Shown here piece after piece: positions 14,301 through 29,900 of a stretch of DNA of 64,000 nt (position 1 is the stretch's first letter; each line of letters begins with the position of its first letter). Source of the DNA: Octopus vulgaris (Eukaryota); contig OX597838.1 of the NCBI GenBank assembly GCA_951406725.2, forward strand, positions 20,150,001 to 20,214,000, written 5' to 3'. The translations under genes and the position numbers were made by a program. The notes beneath the pieces are model-generated. The model did not search any database. It was not told the DNA's origin and saw only the letters and a list, made by a program, of their open reading frames with translations.

Positions 14301-17300
14301 TAGCCCACTCAACTGGCAAAAATGAGTAGTATCTGTATTTCAAAAAAGGCCATCCTTGCTGCACTCTGTGTCATGCTGAATCTCCCTCAGAACTACGTCA
14401 AGGGTCCATGTGTCTGTGGAGTGCTCAGCCACTTGCATGTTAATTTCACAAGCTTTCTATAGCCTTGGGCTTGACCATACCTTGTAAGTGAAAGTAATAG
14501 GAGGAAACTGAGCTGAAACCTGTCTTACATTGATAGCATTTGAAAAGACTCTTTGTTTCTGTCTCATAACTTAGTGGTTGTAGTGTGTACGTCTCCAAAA
14601 TAAGACCGCTCTTAATATATACTTGGGTCAGTTAGAAATCCTTTAAGATGCTCCACTGATGCTGCAGTGTAATGACTGAAACTAGTAAAGGACTGTATAG
14701 TTAATTGCATATGAAAACTAAGTTAAGATATTAATTGCAAAGTTCACCTTTTTTCTCAAGAAATTGGGAATTTTTTTTCTATGTATAAGTATTGTAGTGG
14801 TGTTGATTTATTGTTTGGTTGTTATGAATTTATCTAAATTTAAGATTATAGATTATCAATTAGTTCAACTGTAGTTGGAAGGGTTTTTATTTATTTATTT
14901 ATAAAGCCTCAAACTGGCCTCTATTGATGTTGTATCTCTTTAATTGATAATACTTGCTGCTATTATAACCACTTCATTCCAGTGCACCTGCAAATCGAGG
15001 AGATAAGTCGTAGACTGCGAACAGGAGACCTGGGCATCCCACCTAACCCTGAAGACAGGTTTGATAGCGACCTGCTGCTGCTATTGAGCAGTAGTAACCT
15101 TATCATTGTTTTAACTTCTTTTTCAACAGCCAGGCATGCAAAGAGTCAGTGCAAGAAATCTCTTTCTCGCTCTCTCTTTTTCTCTCAAATTAAAAGTTGG
15201 ATGCAACATTAAAGTTATATTTCCAAAAAAATGCACACATCTTCTGTAATGGTATCATTTCTTTTGATTTTTTTTGTGTTGATTTTTTTTTTAAACTTTA
15301 AATAAACAATCAGTATTCCTTTCTGTATTTAAAGACACACAAAAAAAGGGAGATTTACCTTTAAGTTCAATAAACCCCTCCCCAATGACATCCAACTTTT
15401 TCAGAATTCCAATAATACATTTATTCTATTTTGTTTAAATACTTGTTCATTTTTCAGCTGGTTGTAGTTGGTGTAAATCTTTGTTAAAGTCTAGCTGCTA
15501 GGGTATCTGTCTTAGAGATATCACCTGCTTTCTTTCTGGTACCATTTATTTGATCAGTTCACCCCTCCCCTTCTGTTCTTCCTTCTATGCCAATTATCAC
15601 TGCTACTAAATCTAGTCACTATTTGTCTTCAACTAATATCTTTTATATTATTTATTTTGAGAACAGACTTATTTGTCCTATTAATGTTAAACTCAAGAAT
15701 TTTAATACTTTTCATTATTCAGTGTTGTAAAAAAAATTACTGCTAAGATTTTATGCAACTCAGTTGATGGCTCTGGTTTTAGTCATTGCAAATCCTGCTC
15801 TTAGAAAAAGTCCTAAATCATAAACATCTGTGGTTCTATGTTAATTCTGCTGTTAACGTTACAGAAGGTTTACATTAGATTAATTTTGTTGTCTTGGATA
15901 GTTTGTGATGTAATTTTCTTTTACTTCTGACATTTTCTTTACTCTCAACATTTCTTTCTAAGTGTTCTCATAACTGCTTGCTTTGCTTTTTCTTTCAAGT
16001 TTTCTGATTTTATTAGTCTTTACTCTCTTACGGTGCCATTACATCGATCAGGTCTTATATAACAAAACAATTTCGTTATAAATGTTATTCCTTCAAGTGA
16101 TTTAATTAGATCTTTTTAGAGATTAACTTGTCCCTGCACTTCTGCGTCCTCCAGTCAGACAATAATGTTGATAATCCTTACAGTAGATACCCTCATCCTA
16201 TGTTCCATGGTATCCACAAGTGCCCCCTGAGACTAGAAAAATTATTACTTCTTTCTAATGTCATAGCTGCAGCTGGGCTATGGGGACAACCACAAAGTCC
16301 AATAACTTTTGACTGCTAGCTTTTTTCTCTTGTTTTATTCTGTCTTTGTCTAAGGTTTTCTGAGTCTTCAAAATGCTCTTAAAAACACAAGGAACTTATG
16401 GAATTCAAAGAGTGTTTCTGTGCATCCTCAGTTGTTTCTCCTGTATTATTGCACACCTGTTGCTCCAAGTGGTTTGATTTTGTATAGGTTTTGATAACCT
16501 GAATATTTGTAAGAATTTTAAATATTTGGAGCAGCTGGTGTTGTTGTTTCACCCCCCGCCACCCCAGGTCATCACTTATCTGCCAGATATAGAATCAAAG
16601 ATATTCCAACCTTGATCATCATGTCTTTCATTTAAACATTGCTCTGTCCCTCCCCATCCTCCTTTTTCTTTTTATTACAGTAGAGGGGTGATTTGAGGGA
16701 GATTTATTTGGCTGCTATTTCTAGCCATTTGAACAACCTCATGGAGGCTCTCCTGTTGTTAACATAGACGGATGCTATTCACAACACCACCGACTAGAAC
16801 TGGACCATTCCACTGTTCTTCGGGCAAGGTACTCAAAAGACAAGTATGATACTTTGTAATGCTTGCTGTACCATGCTCCTCTGAGTTGAACGTCAGTCTG
16901 TACTTCGGAAGAATATTTTCTTTTTAACGGATCGTAAAATTCCAAATTAGTTGACTACATAAACCCTAATTCTAGCAGGAATAACTAAGTCATCATTTAT
17001 GTAAAAACATTGATATAGAATTTATCCCTTTTCTCATTCAAGTCTTAATCATCTTTTTTCTTTTTTTAATCCGTGGAAATTCTTTTCAGCTGCACTTCAA
17101 GACTTAATAATTCGTATTTGTTTTTTTGTCATAATAAACAAAATTCTTTTTTTTCTAACTTATCTTGCACTGGCTCTTCAGCACCTTCAAAGTAATTCTT
17201 TAAAAAATTTTAATTATTATAATATATATATATCTTTAATTATAATATTAATTATTATTAATAATAATGTCATTATATGATCTTTTTTGCTTTTTTTGTC

Positions 17301-20300
17301 TGTTGGGGGTTATATTTTCTTTTTTCCATTCTTAAAACAAATGAAACAAAATTTTAAGAATAAGAACAATGAAAATTACTTCCCCTGGTCTTGCTTCTCA
17401 GAGTAATTTTTGTTATTTTGTTTTAGTTAAAAAAAAGATTTTTTTCTTCTTACATTACTATTTTAATCTGTTCAACCAAAATAGTTTAATTAATGTAATT
17501 GAAAAAAAAAACAAACCAAAAAAAAAAAACTAATACATTCTTAGTTTAATATACTGTAAAAGTAAAAATGCAATTTTGTTATTGTTCTTGACTTTTGTAG
17601 GTACATATATATATGTGTATATAGGTATATGTTTATATACATGTATATATATGTATGTATATATGTGTATATAAATGTGTGTATGTGTATCTATGTGTAT
17701 ATATGTATGTATATATTTGTATGTATATACATATAAATATGTTTGTGTGTATATATGATATATGCAAATATGGAAAAAGTTTGGTCTCTGACCACATGGT
17801 CTTAAGTTCAGTCCCACTGTGTGGTACCTTGGGCAAGTGTTTACTATAGCCCCAGGCCATCTAAAATCTTGAGTGGATTTGGTAGGTGGAAACTGGAAGA
17901 AGCCTGTCATATAAGTATGTATGTGTGCAAGCAGTGTTCTTCATTTCCAAACTTCCATGAAAACATGTCTGGTCATGGAGAAATATTGGCTTATTTGGAA
18001 AGAGGTGAGGGTTGACAACAGGAAGGGTCTCAGGCTGTAGAAAATCTGCCTCAACAAATTATGCCCGATCCATGCAAGCACGGAAAAAGTTAACATTAAA
18101 TGATGATGATGACATGTATGTAGTATGTATGTATATACATATATGTATGTATGTGTGTGTATATATGTATGTATGAATGTATATATATATGTGTGTGCGT
18201 ATGAATGTGTGTATCATCATTTTGTATGTGTGTGCATGTGTGTACGTATATCTCTATATGTATAAACTCTGTCCTAACCATTTATGCCATTTCTTTCTCA
18301 AATGCACCACCCCATTAAAATTATTTTTTTCCTGGTATTTTAAAAATAATCTAAAATTATTTATTAAATATTTTTTATACTCATTAAACATTTTCTTTAT
18401 ATTGTACATGAGAATATTAATTTTTAAAAATTATTATTTCAACCTTTTTTTTTTCATTAGCTTTTCAGATAAATGTTTAATATATATATTTATATATATG
18501 TATAAATATATATATATATTCGTGTGTATAATATAAGGCCAATGGATATGGTCAAGGTAGTAAGGTGTTTAACTAGATGCTTCACTGTATCTAGTTTGGT
18601 TTGTCATTGTTCTGCTTTCAAATAGTTTTTGGGTCAATTTCATATTTCTTCTTCCTTAAGGGCATCAATAATATACTGTGACAAATTTGACTCTACTACT
18701 ATTATAACCATACAAATATCATTATGTAATCTGATTAAAATGTATCCATGTAGCTTTGATAATGCTGATTTAGAAGGTTCCCTTCATATTCTGATTTTTA
18801 TTTCCTGCTTTTTGCAAACTTCTGATAGAAGTCAGCAATGCTATTGAACTTACATCTGAATATTTGAACCACAAATAGCTTTGAACATTTCTTTTACTCT
18901 GCTCTGCAAAGCAGCTGATGGTATCAAACTGTGTTGGTTTTGTGATTACAGTTGAGATAAGTGGTGTGTGATATGGTGCTGAAGGCTAGAGAAGAAAAAT
19001 ACCTCTGCAGTTATGATAATCCGTAGCTATTAAGTAATGTCCCAACAATATCCAGCTACTTTCTGATGACCTGACCTGGCTCTCTTGAAATGAGGGGTGT
19101 TCTAGAATAGCATTTCCTTGCATGCTTGTTGGTAAGAGTCAGTACTCCTGTATAATTTTAACAAGTTTGTATTCGACTGACCAAGCAGTATTTAGCGATG
19201 TGGCATATAGTTTGATCTAAGAGGAAAATTAGTATGAGTATAGATTAACCAGGCTCTGTTATCTAATGTGGGGTCTTTAAGTGAAAGCTTGATTGTCGTA
19301 TACTCTTTTAAGGAAGAATATAGTAGTGTCCCCCCCCCACTATAAAGATGAAACGATCAGGGATGTGGCACCACATGTTTACTTGGTAGACTGAAAGACA
19401 AAGAAATCTTTCTTTTTCAGTATCAGTAACTCTTCACCCTCATCATTGAAATAACTTGTCCTGCTACACTCTTTTAATCATATAGTCAGTACCAGTAACA
19501 TACAGTGATGAATTTGATCCTATAGCTATCTTGCAAATATCTTATGTGATCCACTTAAAATGCAGCTGTATAGTTTTATCAGTCTAATATTGGATTAGAC
19601 AGATCCCTTCAAGTTCTGTTTTTCATCTCCCATTTTCAATGAAGTGCTAATAACAGTGTCGAAAGATGATGAGCAAAAGTATTAGACTGTAAATTGTTCG
19701 AATTTAGATCATTGTTGCATTTAAAGGATAGTTAACTAATGAATAATTTTCGTGTCCATCTCAGATTTTTCATGTAAAAGCTTGTTTTCTCGGACCATCC
19801 CAAACTTGTTTAAGACAGCAGTTTTTATTCATATAGAGCATTCGACAGATCAGTAAAAGTGCATCTGTGGTAGTCATCTGTGCAGCATGTTCTCCAACAT
19901 GGTATATCCAAATATTTGATTTGTATTAAGTGATCACTCACCTTGGATGTTTCTCTATTAAATTAACTGTTGAATCTGATTAAGCTTGGATTTTGAGAGA
20001 CTTTTTTTTCCAAATCCACACAATGAGTTGCTAGGTACTATACACTTTATTTAATGCAGTATCAGTGAGTTGTCTGCCTAGCAGACTGTGGCCCACGAAA
20101 AAGATATAAATACGTAGAGCAATGAAACTTAGACATGTCTTAGTTTCCCTTTACGACTCCCTTTTATGTGTATTTGGTTTCTTTCATCAGTACAGACATT
20201 CAGCTTCTGATGTGGCAGATGCTTGTAATGTTACAATTTAGCCCCTTTTGTGACATCCACATTTATTTCGAGGCTCTTTGAAGCCCTTTATTATTCATAC

Positions 20301-20653
20301 AATAAAGTTGGCTGTACTACAGGTATAGCGTTGTGATTTAGCCCTTTGACATTTAAACTGGCCTTCTAACCAGCTAGATCTGACCTCTCACACCTATCCT
20401 ACAATGTCATTCTGGAAATAAGCAATCACATCATTGAAATCTCAAAGCTATAAAATAATCCATGATTAATTCAAATCAGTGGGAATAAATAACCATTACA
20501 ATTAACAGAGTAATCTATACAACTACATGGTTCTAGGTCTGACTCCACTGCAAGACACTTTAGGCAAGCATCTTATATTCATAGTTTGCATTGATCAAAG
20601 AGATGTAATTGGAAATTGGCAGACGGAAACACTGTGGAAGGCCGTTAGCTATG

Positions 20654-20702
<49 letters not shown>

Positions 20703-20903
20703 GTATGGCTGTGTGGTTAGGGAGCTTGCTTCCTAGCTATATGGTTTCGGGTTCAGTCCCACTGCGTGGCACTTTGGGTAGGTGTCTTTCACTATAGCCC
20801 CGAGCTGACCGGAGCTTTGTGATTGAATTCGGTAGGTGGAAGTTACTGCCGTGTGTGTATATGTGCGTGTAGGTGCTTGTGCCTCTCCGAAAGAGAGAGA
20901 GGG

Positions 20904-20943
<40 letters not shown>

Positions 20944-23900
20944 CTTTGTGTATTGGTATGGGGTGAACAATTATTTTACTAGATTTATGTCAAGGTCAAA
21001 TTGCTTTTTGTCCCTTACAAGAGAAATAGAATAAGTACCAGATTGAGAATTAGTTCATAATCAACTAAACCTTTGAATAGTGTCCCAGCATTGTGCCGGG
21101 AGTGAAATGACTGAAATTAGTAGATTTTTGTGTGAGTGAGTGAGTTCATGCTTGGTTCAATTATATACGAGGGGGTGCTGAAAATTCCTGCTTTTTAAGG
21201 ATATTGCAAAAGGCATGGTTTGTGGCCTAGCCTATAGAATTCTTTTACAGGGCTGAGAAAAACTGAAGGACTTACTGCAATAAGCGTGTGAATCTGAGAG
21301 GGAAATATATTGAATAAAATAATAAGCTGATCCTCCTGTATTTTCTTTTACCCAAAGCCCTGAGCTTTTCAGCACCCCTTTGTAGGTAAAATGTTGGTGT
21401 CCCAATCAATGCTGGCTAAGTGTTGTTGCTAATACATTTATTATACATTAGAGGTGGCGCATGGCTCAGTGGTTAGAGCGTCGAGCTTACGATCGTGAGG
21501 TTGTGAGCTCGAATCCCGGACCGGGCTGCGTGTTGTGTTCTCGAGCAAGGCACTTTATTTCACGTTGCTCCAGTTCACTCAGCTGTAGAAATGAGTTGCG
21601 ACGTCACTGGTGCCAAGCTGTATCGACCTTTGTCTTTCCCTTGGATAACACTGGTGGCGTGGAGAGGGGAGGCTGGTATGCATGGGCGACTGCTGGCCTT
21701 CCATAAACAACCTTGCCCGGACTTGTGTCTAGGAGAGTAACTTTCTAGGTGCAATCCCATGGTCATTCATGACCGAAGGGGGTCTTTACCCTTTTAGAGG
21801 TGTACTTGATCCTATTGTAATTCATGTGTTGCTCATTCAGCTGTGTCTAATGTATATTACCAAGTCAGTTCATTTCTAGGTCATGTACTGTTAGTGTTTT
21901 ACCAAATCGTATTTGCATATAAGATTTTTTGATTGCATGCAATTCTTTTCTGTTCAAATGTCTTCCTGTTATGAGTAAAGGAAAAGGAAGATATGTTCTT
22001 AGATTTGAAAGAAGCCTCTAGCTAGCCATGATTCTGTTCTTCAGTAAGTTTATTGACTAAGCAAAGAGCAGTATTATTATACTGTCTCTTTGCACTGTCT
22101 TTTTGGCTTCTATTCTTCAAGAGAGATTGGTGTATCATACTTTGCATTTGCCAGTTCTTGGGTCCTTATCTAACCATAATGCTTCAATCATGTGTGGTGA
22201 TTATGAAGGTCACAGTATTGAATAGGTTTGAATGCCAGGAAATATGTGGTTCTAATATTACTTCTCAGAGCCTCTATGTGAATGTTCAACCTGTTAGAAA
22301 TAGCAACCAAATCACTCAATTTATACCCCACCATTTTAGAAGAGGCTATGTTAATGTCATCCTGGGTTCCTTACACATAGGAAAGAGACAAGAGGTTCAC
22401 AACTGGAATGCTTTCGGTCATTAGTCTACTTAAAACCAGGTGGAATCTGGTGCTAAACAACATAACAATTACATAAAGCTATTTTAGTGAACTTTGACTT
22501 TATTTCCAGATATAAGGCTATTATGGTTTTCCTTAAACTCTGGTGGGTTTCAGTAAATGGTGATTGTGTATGAGTGCCTATTTATATGATGATAAAATTG
22601 CATAGACCTTCTGCTGGTTTAGCCACACTTGCTATGAAGTTCCTATAGTTATTTTCTGCATATCTCTGGGTCGTTTTCTATTTGTAAATTGTTTCTCCAT
22701 ACAAGCTCCATATCTCCCTTTGATATTGCAGTTATAGGTGTCATGTACAGAGCAAGTTATTGTGAGATGACATTTTGAAATAAAAAAAAAAAGAGAGAGA
22801 GATGGGGGAGAGACTGATTTGACTAGTTGGGACGTTCTTCTTGTGACCTATTTGTTGCTTGTAGTGAATTAACATGTGTTTGTGTATTTTCCTCACCATC
22901 TCTTGTGTGTGTATAGAATTGTTAGATTGATAAATAAAAAAAATAGGATTTAGAGATTATTGATTCAAAATAATGTATTGTTCAAAATATAAGGATTACT
23001 GTCTGTTTTAATGACTTGTGGCCATATGTAGTTTTTCTATGGGAATACAGATTTCCTTCGGTCATTTTCTGCCTGTGTAGAGTGCAAAGCCATCTGTTGT
23101 TTGCTTGCTTGTTTGATGTGAAACTTGTAGTTTCAGAACAATGGAACTTGAATAAAATATATGGGTATAAATGTGTGGAGTAGATTTTATTTATGCCTAT
23201 AAACATTCCTTTCTTTTTAAATAATGGGAAAAAGTCTTTATTTTTTAATACAAGTCTTTTGATACATATGTAAGCATAAATGTTTTCATGGGTGCGCCTT
23301 TAGTTTGATTAAACCATGAAGTTTGTGGTGAGTTTGTTAAAAGAACTGGTTTGTTAGTTTATGTAATCAAGATCTTGCTAGATGAAGGTTATTTAGAACA
23401 AATAAGATAGAAGTTTCTATTACAAAGTGTAAAGGTGTAATTTTTTGTATCAAGAATATCATAACAGAATGAAGATCCTAAACCATGGTACCATGTAAAA
23501 AGCATTAGTGTGGGTGCTGGTGCCATGTGAAAAGCACCCAGGACACTCTGTAAAGTGGCTGGCATTAGGACGGGCATCCAGCTATAGAAACCAAACCTAA
23601 ATGGACTGTGGAACCTGGTGCAGTCCCTGCATTGCCAGTTCCTGTCAAACAGTCCAACCCATGCCAGCATAGAAAATGGATGTTAAATGTTGATGGTTGA
23701 TAATAATCTGACACCTGTCCACTACATCAGCAGTTTTCGTCTCCATTTCTCACCCTTGTTGATTAAGCTTTTTTCCTCTCTTTTACTTGCTGACTTTTTA
23801 GTGTCTAATGTAGACATACAAATACATATGCACTTATATACACACCAACAGTTGAAATTTTAGATCCATAACGTAAATCTCAGTTAAGCATATTTTATTT

Positions 23901-26900
23901 TTTTTTTTTTCAGATGAAGTTAACATTCAAAATCTTGTGTCAAAATGTTATTAGCCCTTATAAAGCTTTATACTTAGAGGCAGCAAAGTGAGCAGACATC
24001 AAGTAACTGATGTGTTTAAGAAGTGCTATGTCAAAATAAGGTCTGCTATATAAAACTGAACAGTCTCTCAGACATCATGTTACATTGGATGTATTTTTAA
24101 AAACTACATTTGTAAATGATATATAGAAAATATGCTGTAAACTAATTTCTACTTTTGTGCTTGTCTAGATATACAGACGTGTGTGTCTTGATACATAAAG
24201 CAGTATCTGAATATTTTATGATAAAATATATTGTGCATATAGTCTGGTGGGTAGCAGAATCGGTTGAGTGTAGATGAAAATATGTCATTTGGTTACATTT
24301 TGAGTTCAATTATTACCTAAATCCATTGTTTTGCACCCTTCTCTGGATTCAATATGATTCACTAACCCATGGGAGGTGATTCCCTTGTATGGGCTGCAAT
24401 CCAATGACTGGAGTCTGTAAAAATGTATGTCTTTACATGGATATAAAATAATACAGTGTAATACAATTTTTGTCCATGGGTAGAAACTGTTATTTCCTAT
24501 TTGCTTACCCCTAGAAAGTATGAAAAATGGTTGATATTTCCTTCAAACTTTGCTCTTATTACATTTATTCAAACCCCAAAGAATACCTCTCAACACATGA
24601 CTATAATGATCCCCTCATCATCAAAGATGCACATATTGTTAGCCACTAAGGGACATGCTTAAGTGGTTAGGGTCAAGCAACTGACAAACAAATCTGTGGT
24701 ATTGAACAGAATATTTGCTATAACGATATTTCTGCTTCAGCAACTCTACACTGAATCTGTTTGAAATGTAATGGAAAATATATCAGTTTCAAATTATTGG
24801 TGTCCAGGTCAAAAAAGCAAAGTTTGAATGGAATAGTAGTGATTTCCTTTGATTTCCAGACAGAAACAAATCGGAAATAACACTTACTGACCAAAGACAA
24901 AAACGATAAAAATTAAAATTTTGTTGCATAGTGTTAACTGGTGATTTTTTTTCTCAAACACATTGTGTTTCACCAGATATTTTGTACACAATTAGTGAGG
25001 TTTATTTCATATTGTGTTGGGGGGAAAACAAGAAAATCCCTTAGGTTTCACTGTTATGTTTATTTAATTGACTTCTATTTTTGAACAAGTTTTGAATTCC
25101 TTTGGGGGTGAACTTCTAATATATTGACATGTTAGGAAAACAGGGTGGCAATGTAGACTCATATTACAGCAGTTTTCATGTAAGGCTAGACATTGTATAT
25201 TTAACTTGAAGGGTAAAAGTTACAGTCAGCAGCTATTTGAACTTTCTTGTGATTACATTTCTAAAGAGTAGACAGCTGCCTTTGTTGTCATCATCATCAT
25301 CGTCAGTCATTTAATGTTCACTTTTTTGAGCTTGCATGAGTTGGATGGAGTTTATCTGAGGCAGATTTTCTCTGGCTGGATGCCCTTCCTGATGCCAAGC
25401 AAAGTAATACTTCCCCCATTCTCGCAGAATATTGGAAATGAATGACGTTACTTGTTTGACAGGGACACGCATTTACAACTATCATATGATGTCAACACAC
25501 AAACACACACACACACACACACACTCTCTCTCTCTGTATACACACACATACAATGGGTTTCTCTCAAGTTTTCATCTATTAAATCCATTCACAAGGCTTT
25601 GTTCGGCCCAAGGCTACGATAGAAGACTCTCCCCCAGGTTGCCACGCAGTGGGACTGAATCCAGAACTATGTGATTGGGAAGCCATACACCTAGCCATAC
25701 CTGTGCCTCTGTGGTTCATTAACTTTCAATATAATAATTGGTTTAAACCAATTGGGGTATATATTGTTTTCATTGTTTTGCATCCACTTTTCCATGCTAG
25801 CATGAGTTGACTGAGATTTCTTTAGGCAGTGTATTCTTTAGTTGGACAACTTTCTTGATGCCAGTTTTTGTCTTCAAGTAACATGCTTTATTCCATTGTC
25901 CTTTGCTTATAGAACTGCTGAGACATGGGATTTAATGTTACTGCTACCTAAATAGTGTTAATGTGGAGATAGACAGGGCCCATATATATACAATGGGCTT
26001 TTGTATAGTTTCATCTACCAAATTTCACTCACAAAGATTTGGTCAGCCTAAGGCTATAGAAGGAAGAACTTGCCCAAGGCATCATGCATGGTTGTGCAAT
26101 AATATTTAGGTATATATGTCTTGTGTGTGTGTATAGTTATATGTATACACACACAGAGCATCCAGTGAGCCACAGAGCTGTGCCAAACTCCAGTGTTGGT
26201 TTTGGCACTGTTGCCCTTTCTAATACAAACCACTGTAAACGTGTATTGAGTGCTTTTTTTTCATGTCACTGGCACTAGTGAGGTCGCCTGGTAAGTTGCA
26301 AGGCAGAATATGAATGGAAAAAGAGGAAAAGCTTGATGGTGCTGGTGGGTATTATAGAGTGGGAGGTAGCTTTATGCTGGTGTCTTGCTATAGGAAAAGT
26401 ATGTGACTACACTATATTATGTAATGGTGGGTAGCAGTAGCCGGGGAGAAGATAAAGTTGGTAGTGACGGGATGCCAGAACAAGCTGTCAAAATACAAAA
26501 AGGTATAAGAGAGGATATGGACAGCGGATCAGGTGTGTGTGGAGGGCAGTTTCATAAGAGTGTGAGGGGAGATCTGGTGGGTAGAGTGGTGAGCAGTGTA
26601 AGAGTGCACCTGATCATAAATATCAGTATGGAGAGGGGGTAAGGTGAGAAAGATAACATTGGCTTAGGAAAGAGGGTAGATCAGAAGGTAGAGGGAGGAT
26701 GTGCAAGATGTAGGTGAGGGAGATGTCATGGTACATATGGATGTCTGGAGTGAGTAGGCAGATGTGACTAGCCATGGGAGAATGTTGGGGATGAAGGCAG
26801 ATAAGTGTGGTGTTAGGATGGAGTTTGGCAGAAGAGAAAGATATCTGAAGGCATAGGACATCGGTAAGAAGTGGGGGATGGAAAGTTATGGTGAGGGGGT

Positions 26901-29900
26901 GTAACTTGTAGTGCAAAGGATTGTGGGTAGCAATATGTGATTACAGCTTCTGAATAGTGCCATAGATAGAGGAGTGATGGAGGTTGGGTATTAGGGGAAT
27001 GCTTGACAGGACAGAATGGGTTACAAGCCTACACAGAATGCTTTTGGGACATCGTTTTTGCCCTTATAGTCAGGTCACAGGGAATTGACAATCATCTCAG
27101 TCCTTTGTCATCTCCTCTGTAAGACCCAACATCTTAAGATCTGCTTTCACTACCCCTTTCCATGTCTTCCTGTGCCTCTCTCTTTCACAGGTTCCATCCA
27201 CTTTGTGTTGGGCATTTTATTCAGCTGTCCTCATCCATATACTTTGTATGACAAAACCAGCTCAGTCTTCTCCTCTGTGCACCACATCTGCTCCCTCTTG
27301 TGTCTAATTTTTCTTTCAATACCTTAGTACATTATTGGACATGTCCACTAATATCTCACATCCAGCATTACATGCCAGCTTCATTTCTCTCTAGTCTTTA
27401 CATGCCCTCTTTACAGGGCCCATGTCTCACTACCATGTAACATTGCTGTTTACATATAAGCATCATACAGTCTACCTTTGACTCAAAGAGATAGTCCTTT
27501 TTGTTAACAACAGCACTAATTGCTCTCTGAAGTTTCTGCTGTCTATTTTTATTCTGGCAATTACACATGTAGAACATCCTCCTCTACTATTAATTAGGTA
27601 ATCTATCTATCTAGCTAATTGAAACTATCTACTCTATCTCTAGGGAGCCTCCAGGGCATTTGAAAAAAAATGTATTTCCCATGTGTCCTTAGAGTTTATT
27701 GCTTCAGCATATCTACATACAAACACTATTTTCTCCATTAATTTTCCTATACCTCTCCAACATACCGAGCAGGGCCATTTATCTGAGGGGAGTAGAATCC
27801 TTCTTTTCCTGCTTACTAGAACTTGGGTCTTTGTTAAGCTATTTTGAAAGCCCTTTGATTTCAGGTTTTGCTTTCACACCTGGAATTTTTTTCTGATTCT
27901 ACTTATAGATTCTGCTATAAGAATAAGATCATCAGCACGTAATAGTTCTGAAGGGCAGTCAGTCTTAAATTCCTCAGTTATAGCCTGGAAGACAATGGTG
28001 AATGGGAGGAGCCTGAGAACTGTGGCAAATTTTTGTGCTCTAAATTCATCACTGTACTCCTGGCTAACTTTCACTTTTCTGACAGTACCCCTGTACATGG
28101 CTTGTATGGCTTTCACAAGCCATTCATCTACCCTTAATTTTCTCAGAGATCACCAGATCACAAAGCAAGGGACTCTATTGAAGGCTTTCTCCAGATCAAC
28201 ACATGCTGAGTATAAAGGTTTATTCCAGCTACATATGTCTACAGCTGTGTCCCTAGAAAGATGGCATCAGTAGTGGATAGTATGATCACCTCTGAGGACA
28301 GGGAGGAAATCAGAAGTAGTAGTGTTGTTCTCCTCTGTAGTGCTGCCCCAATATATTTTATAATTATTACATAAATATAAAATATATACAATACACATAT
28401 GCATGTTATAATGCTTTGTGTGAATGTTGATATCCTATGGGTTCATTTGAGTAAAATGGTGATATATTTACATTTCTTATTATGACTTGTTATGTGCTTT
28501 TGGAGACCTGTGAAGAACAAAATCCTTTATTTGTAAAACAGGTAACATTGGCAACAGGAAGAGCTCCTGGCTATAAAATCCTACCTTAAATACATCTCTG
28601 TCTCACTCATGCTGGCATGGAGAAACCAACATGAAATAAATGGATGAATATATATATATTAGCTATGTTGTGTTCAAGGTTGCTACCCATCTTTATTTGA
28701 GCATGAATGTCTTGACAAGTTACTAAAAATCGGAGATCTGCACATATAGGAAAATGCCTTAATTTCCATTAAGTAGACATTTGATTCGTTAAAGTGTTAA
28801 ATATTATACATAGAAAAAAAATAGTTATATTGTTTTAATAGCAACAATTTAATTAAGAGAATTAACTTCTTTTATGTCTGTAATTATCACGTGCTATTTC
28901 AGTTAACAAGCAAAATTAGTTTGTCAAGTAAAGAACTATAGCATCACACATTGCCTGAATAGAACTAAAATTTCAGCCGGAACCTGTTTTTCCCATCAGC
29001 TGTTATAAAAATTTTAGTCATTTTCTGTGTAAACTAATAGTCCAAGGACGATTAATTTTATACAAATTATTTATAAAAATAAAGTTTTCCTACTTCATTT
29101 ATTTTTAATCTGTTAATAGGTATTGTTCAACTTATTTTCGTGCTGAAATTTAAAACCCATTTTTATGTAAAATAAACAAAACTGTTGGTTTTAAGATTAA
29201 ATTATGAAAGCATTATGTCGATGCCTTTAAAAAGGGACTTCAAATGATGGGAGTGGGTGTGTTCCAGTTTTGCTCAGTTTACAACTATGTTTCATTTAGC
29301 AGTGTAAATTCCTAAATTTGAGATTTTATAGCTGTTTATTTCCTAGCTGAAAGCTTAGTACCTATATCCCTTTTCAACTTTAAGTATTCCATTGTTGAAG
29401 TCAAGGCTAATTTTAACGGATATGATCTAAATAGTACTTGTGCTGCAATATGATACAGAATAAATCTTTCACATTCATTGAAGAAAAATAAATAAATTAA
29501 GCCCTCTGCTTTAACCCTTTTGTTACCATATTTCTTTCGAAACACACCGCCTTTGTTTCAATTCTTTCTGAAAATAAAAGAATTTAATACAATAACTTTC
29601 TTAATTTTAGATTATAAAATTTTGAAGGGAAGTTTTAACTTATATTTTACATCACTTTAAAGTGGAAATTTGTATCAGAGAACTATGGTGGTCTCTGGCA
29701 GTTTGGTGTCAAAAGGGTTGAGAGACTGTACCATGAAAACATATTTACTGATAACTTTAAACTTAACTTCTAATGACTAGGAAAAGCATTATTATTATTT
29801 TTTTAATTTTTCAGTCAGTTCACAGCTTACTGTTATAGGAACTTATAGGATATTTTTCCAGCTTAATACCTAAACTTCAGTTTTTTTACTATTTTGTATA

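Noticed and set aside
21456-21530. tRNA-like A/B boxes as a tRNA gene
   Set aside because: It continues into a multi-copy SINE body flanked by a TSD and has no complete cloverleaf.
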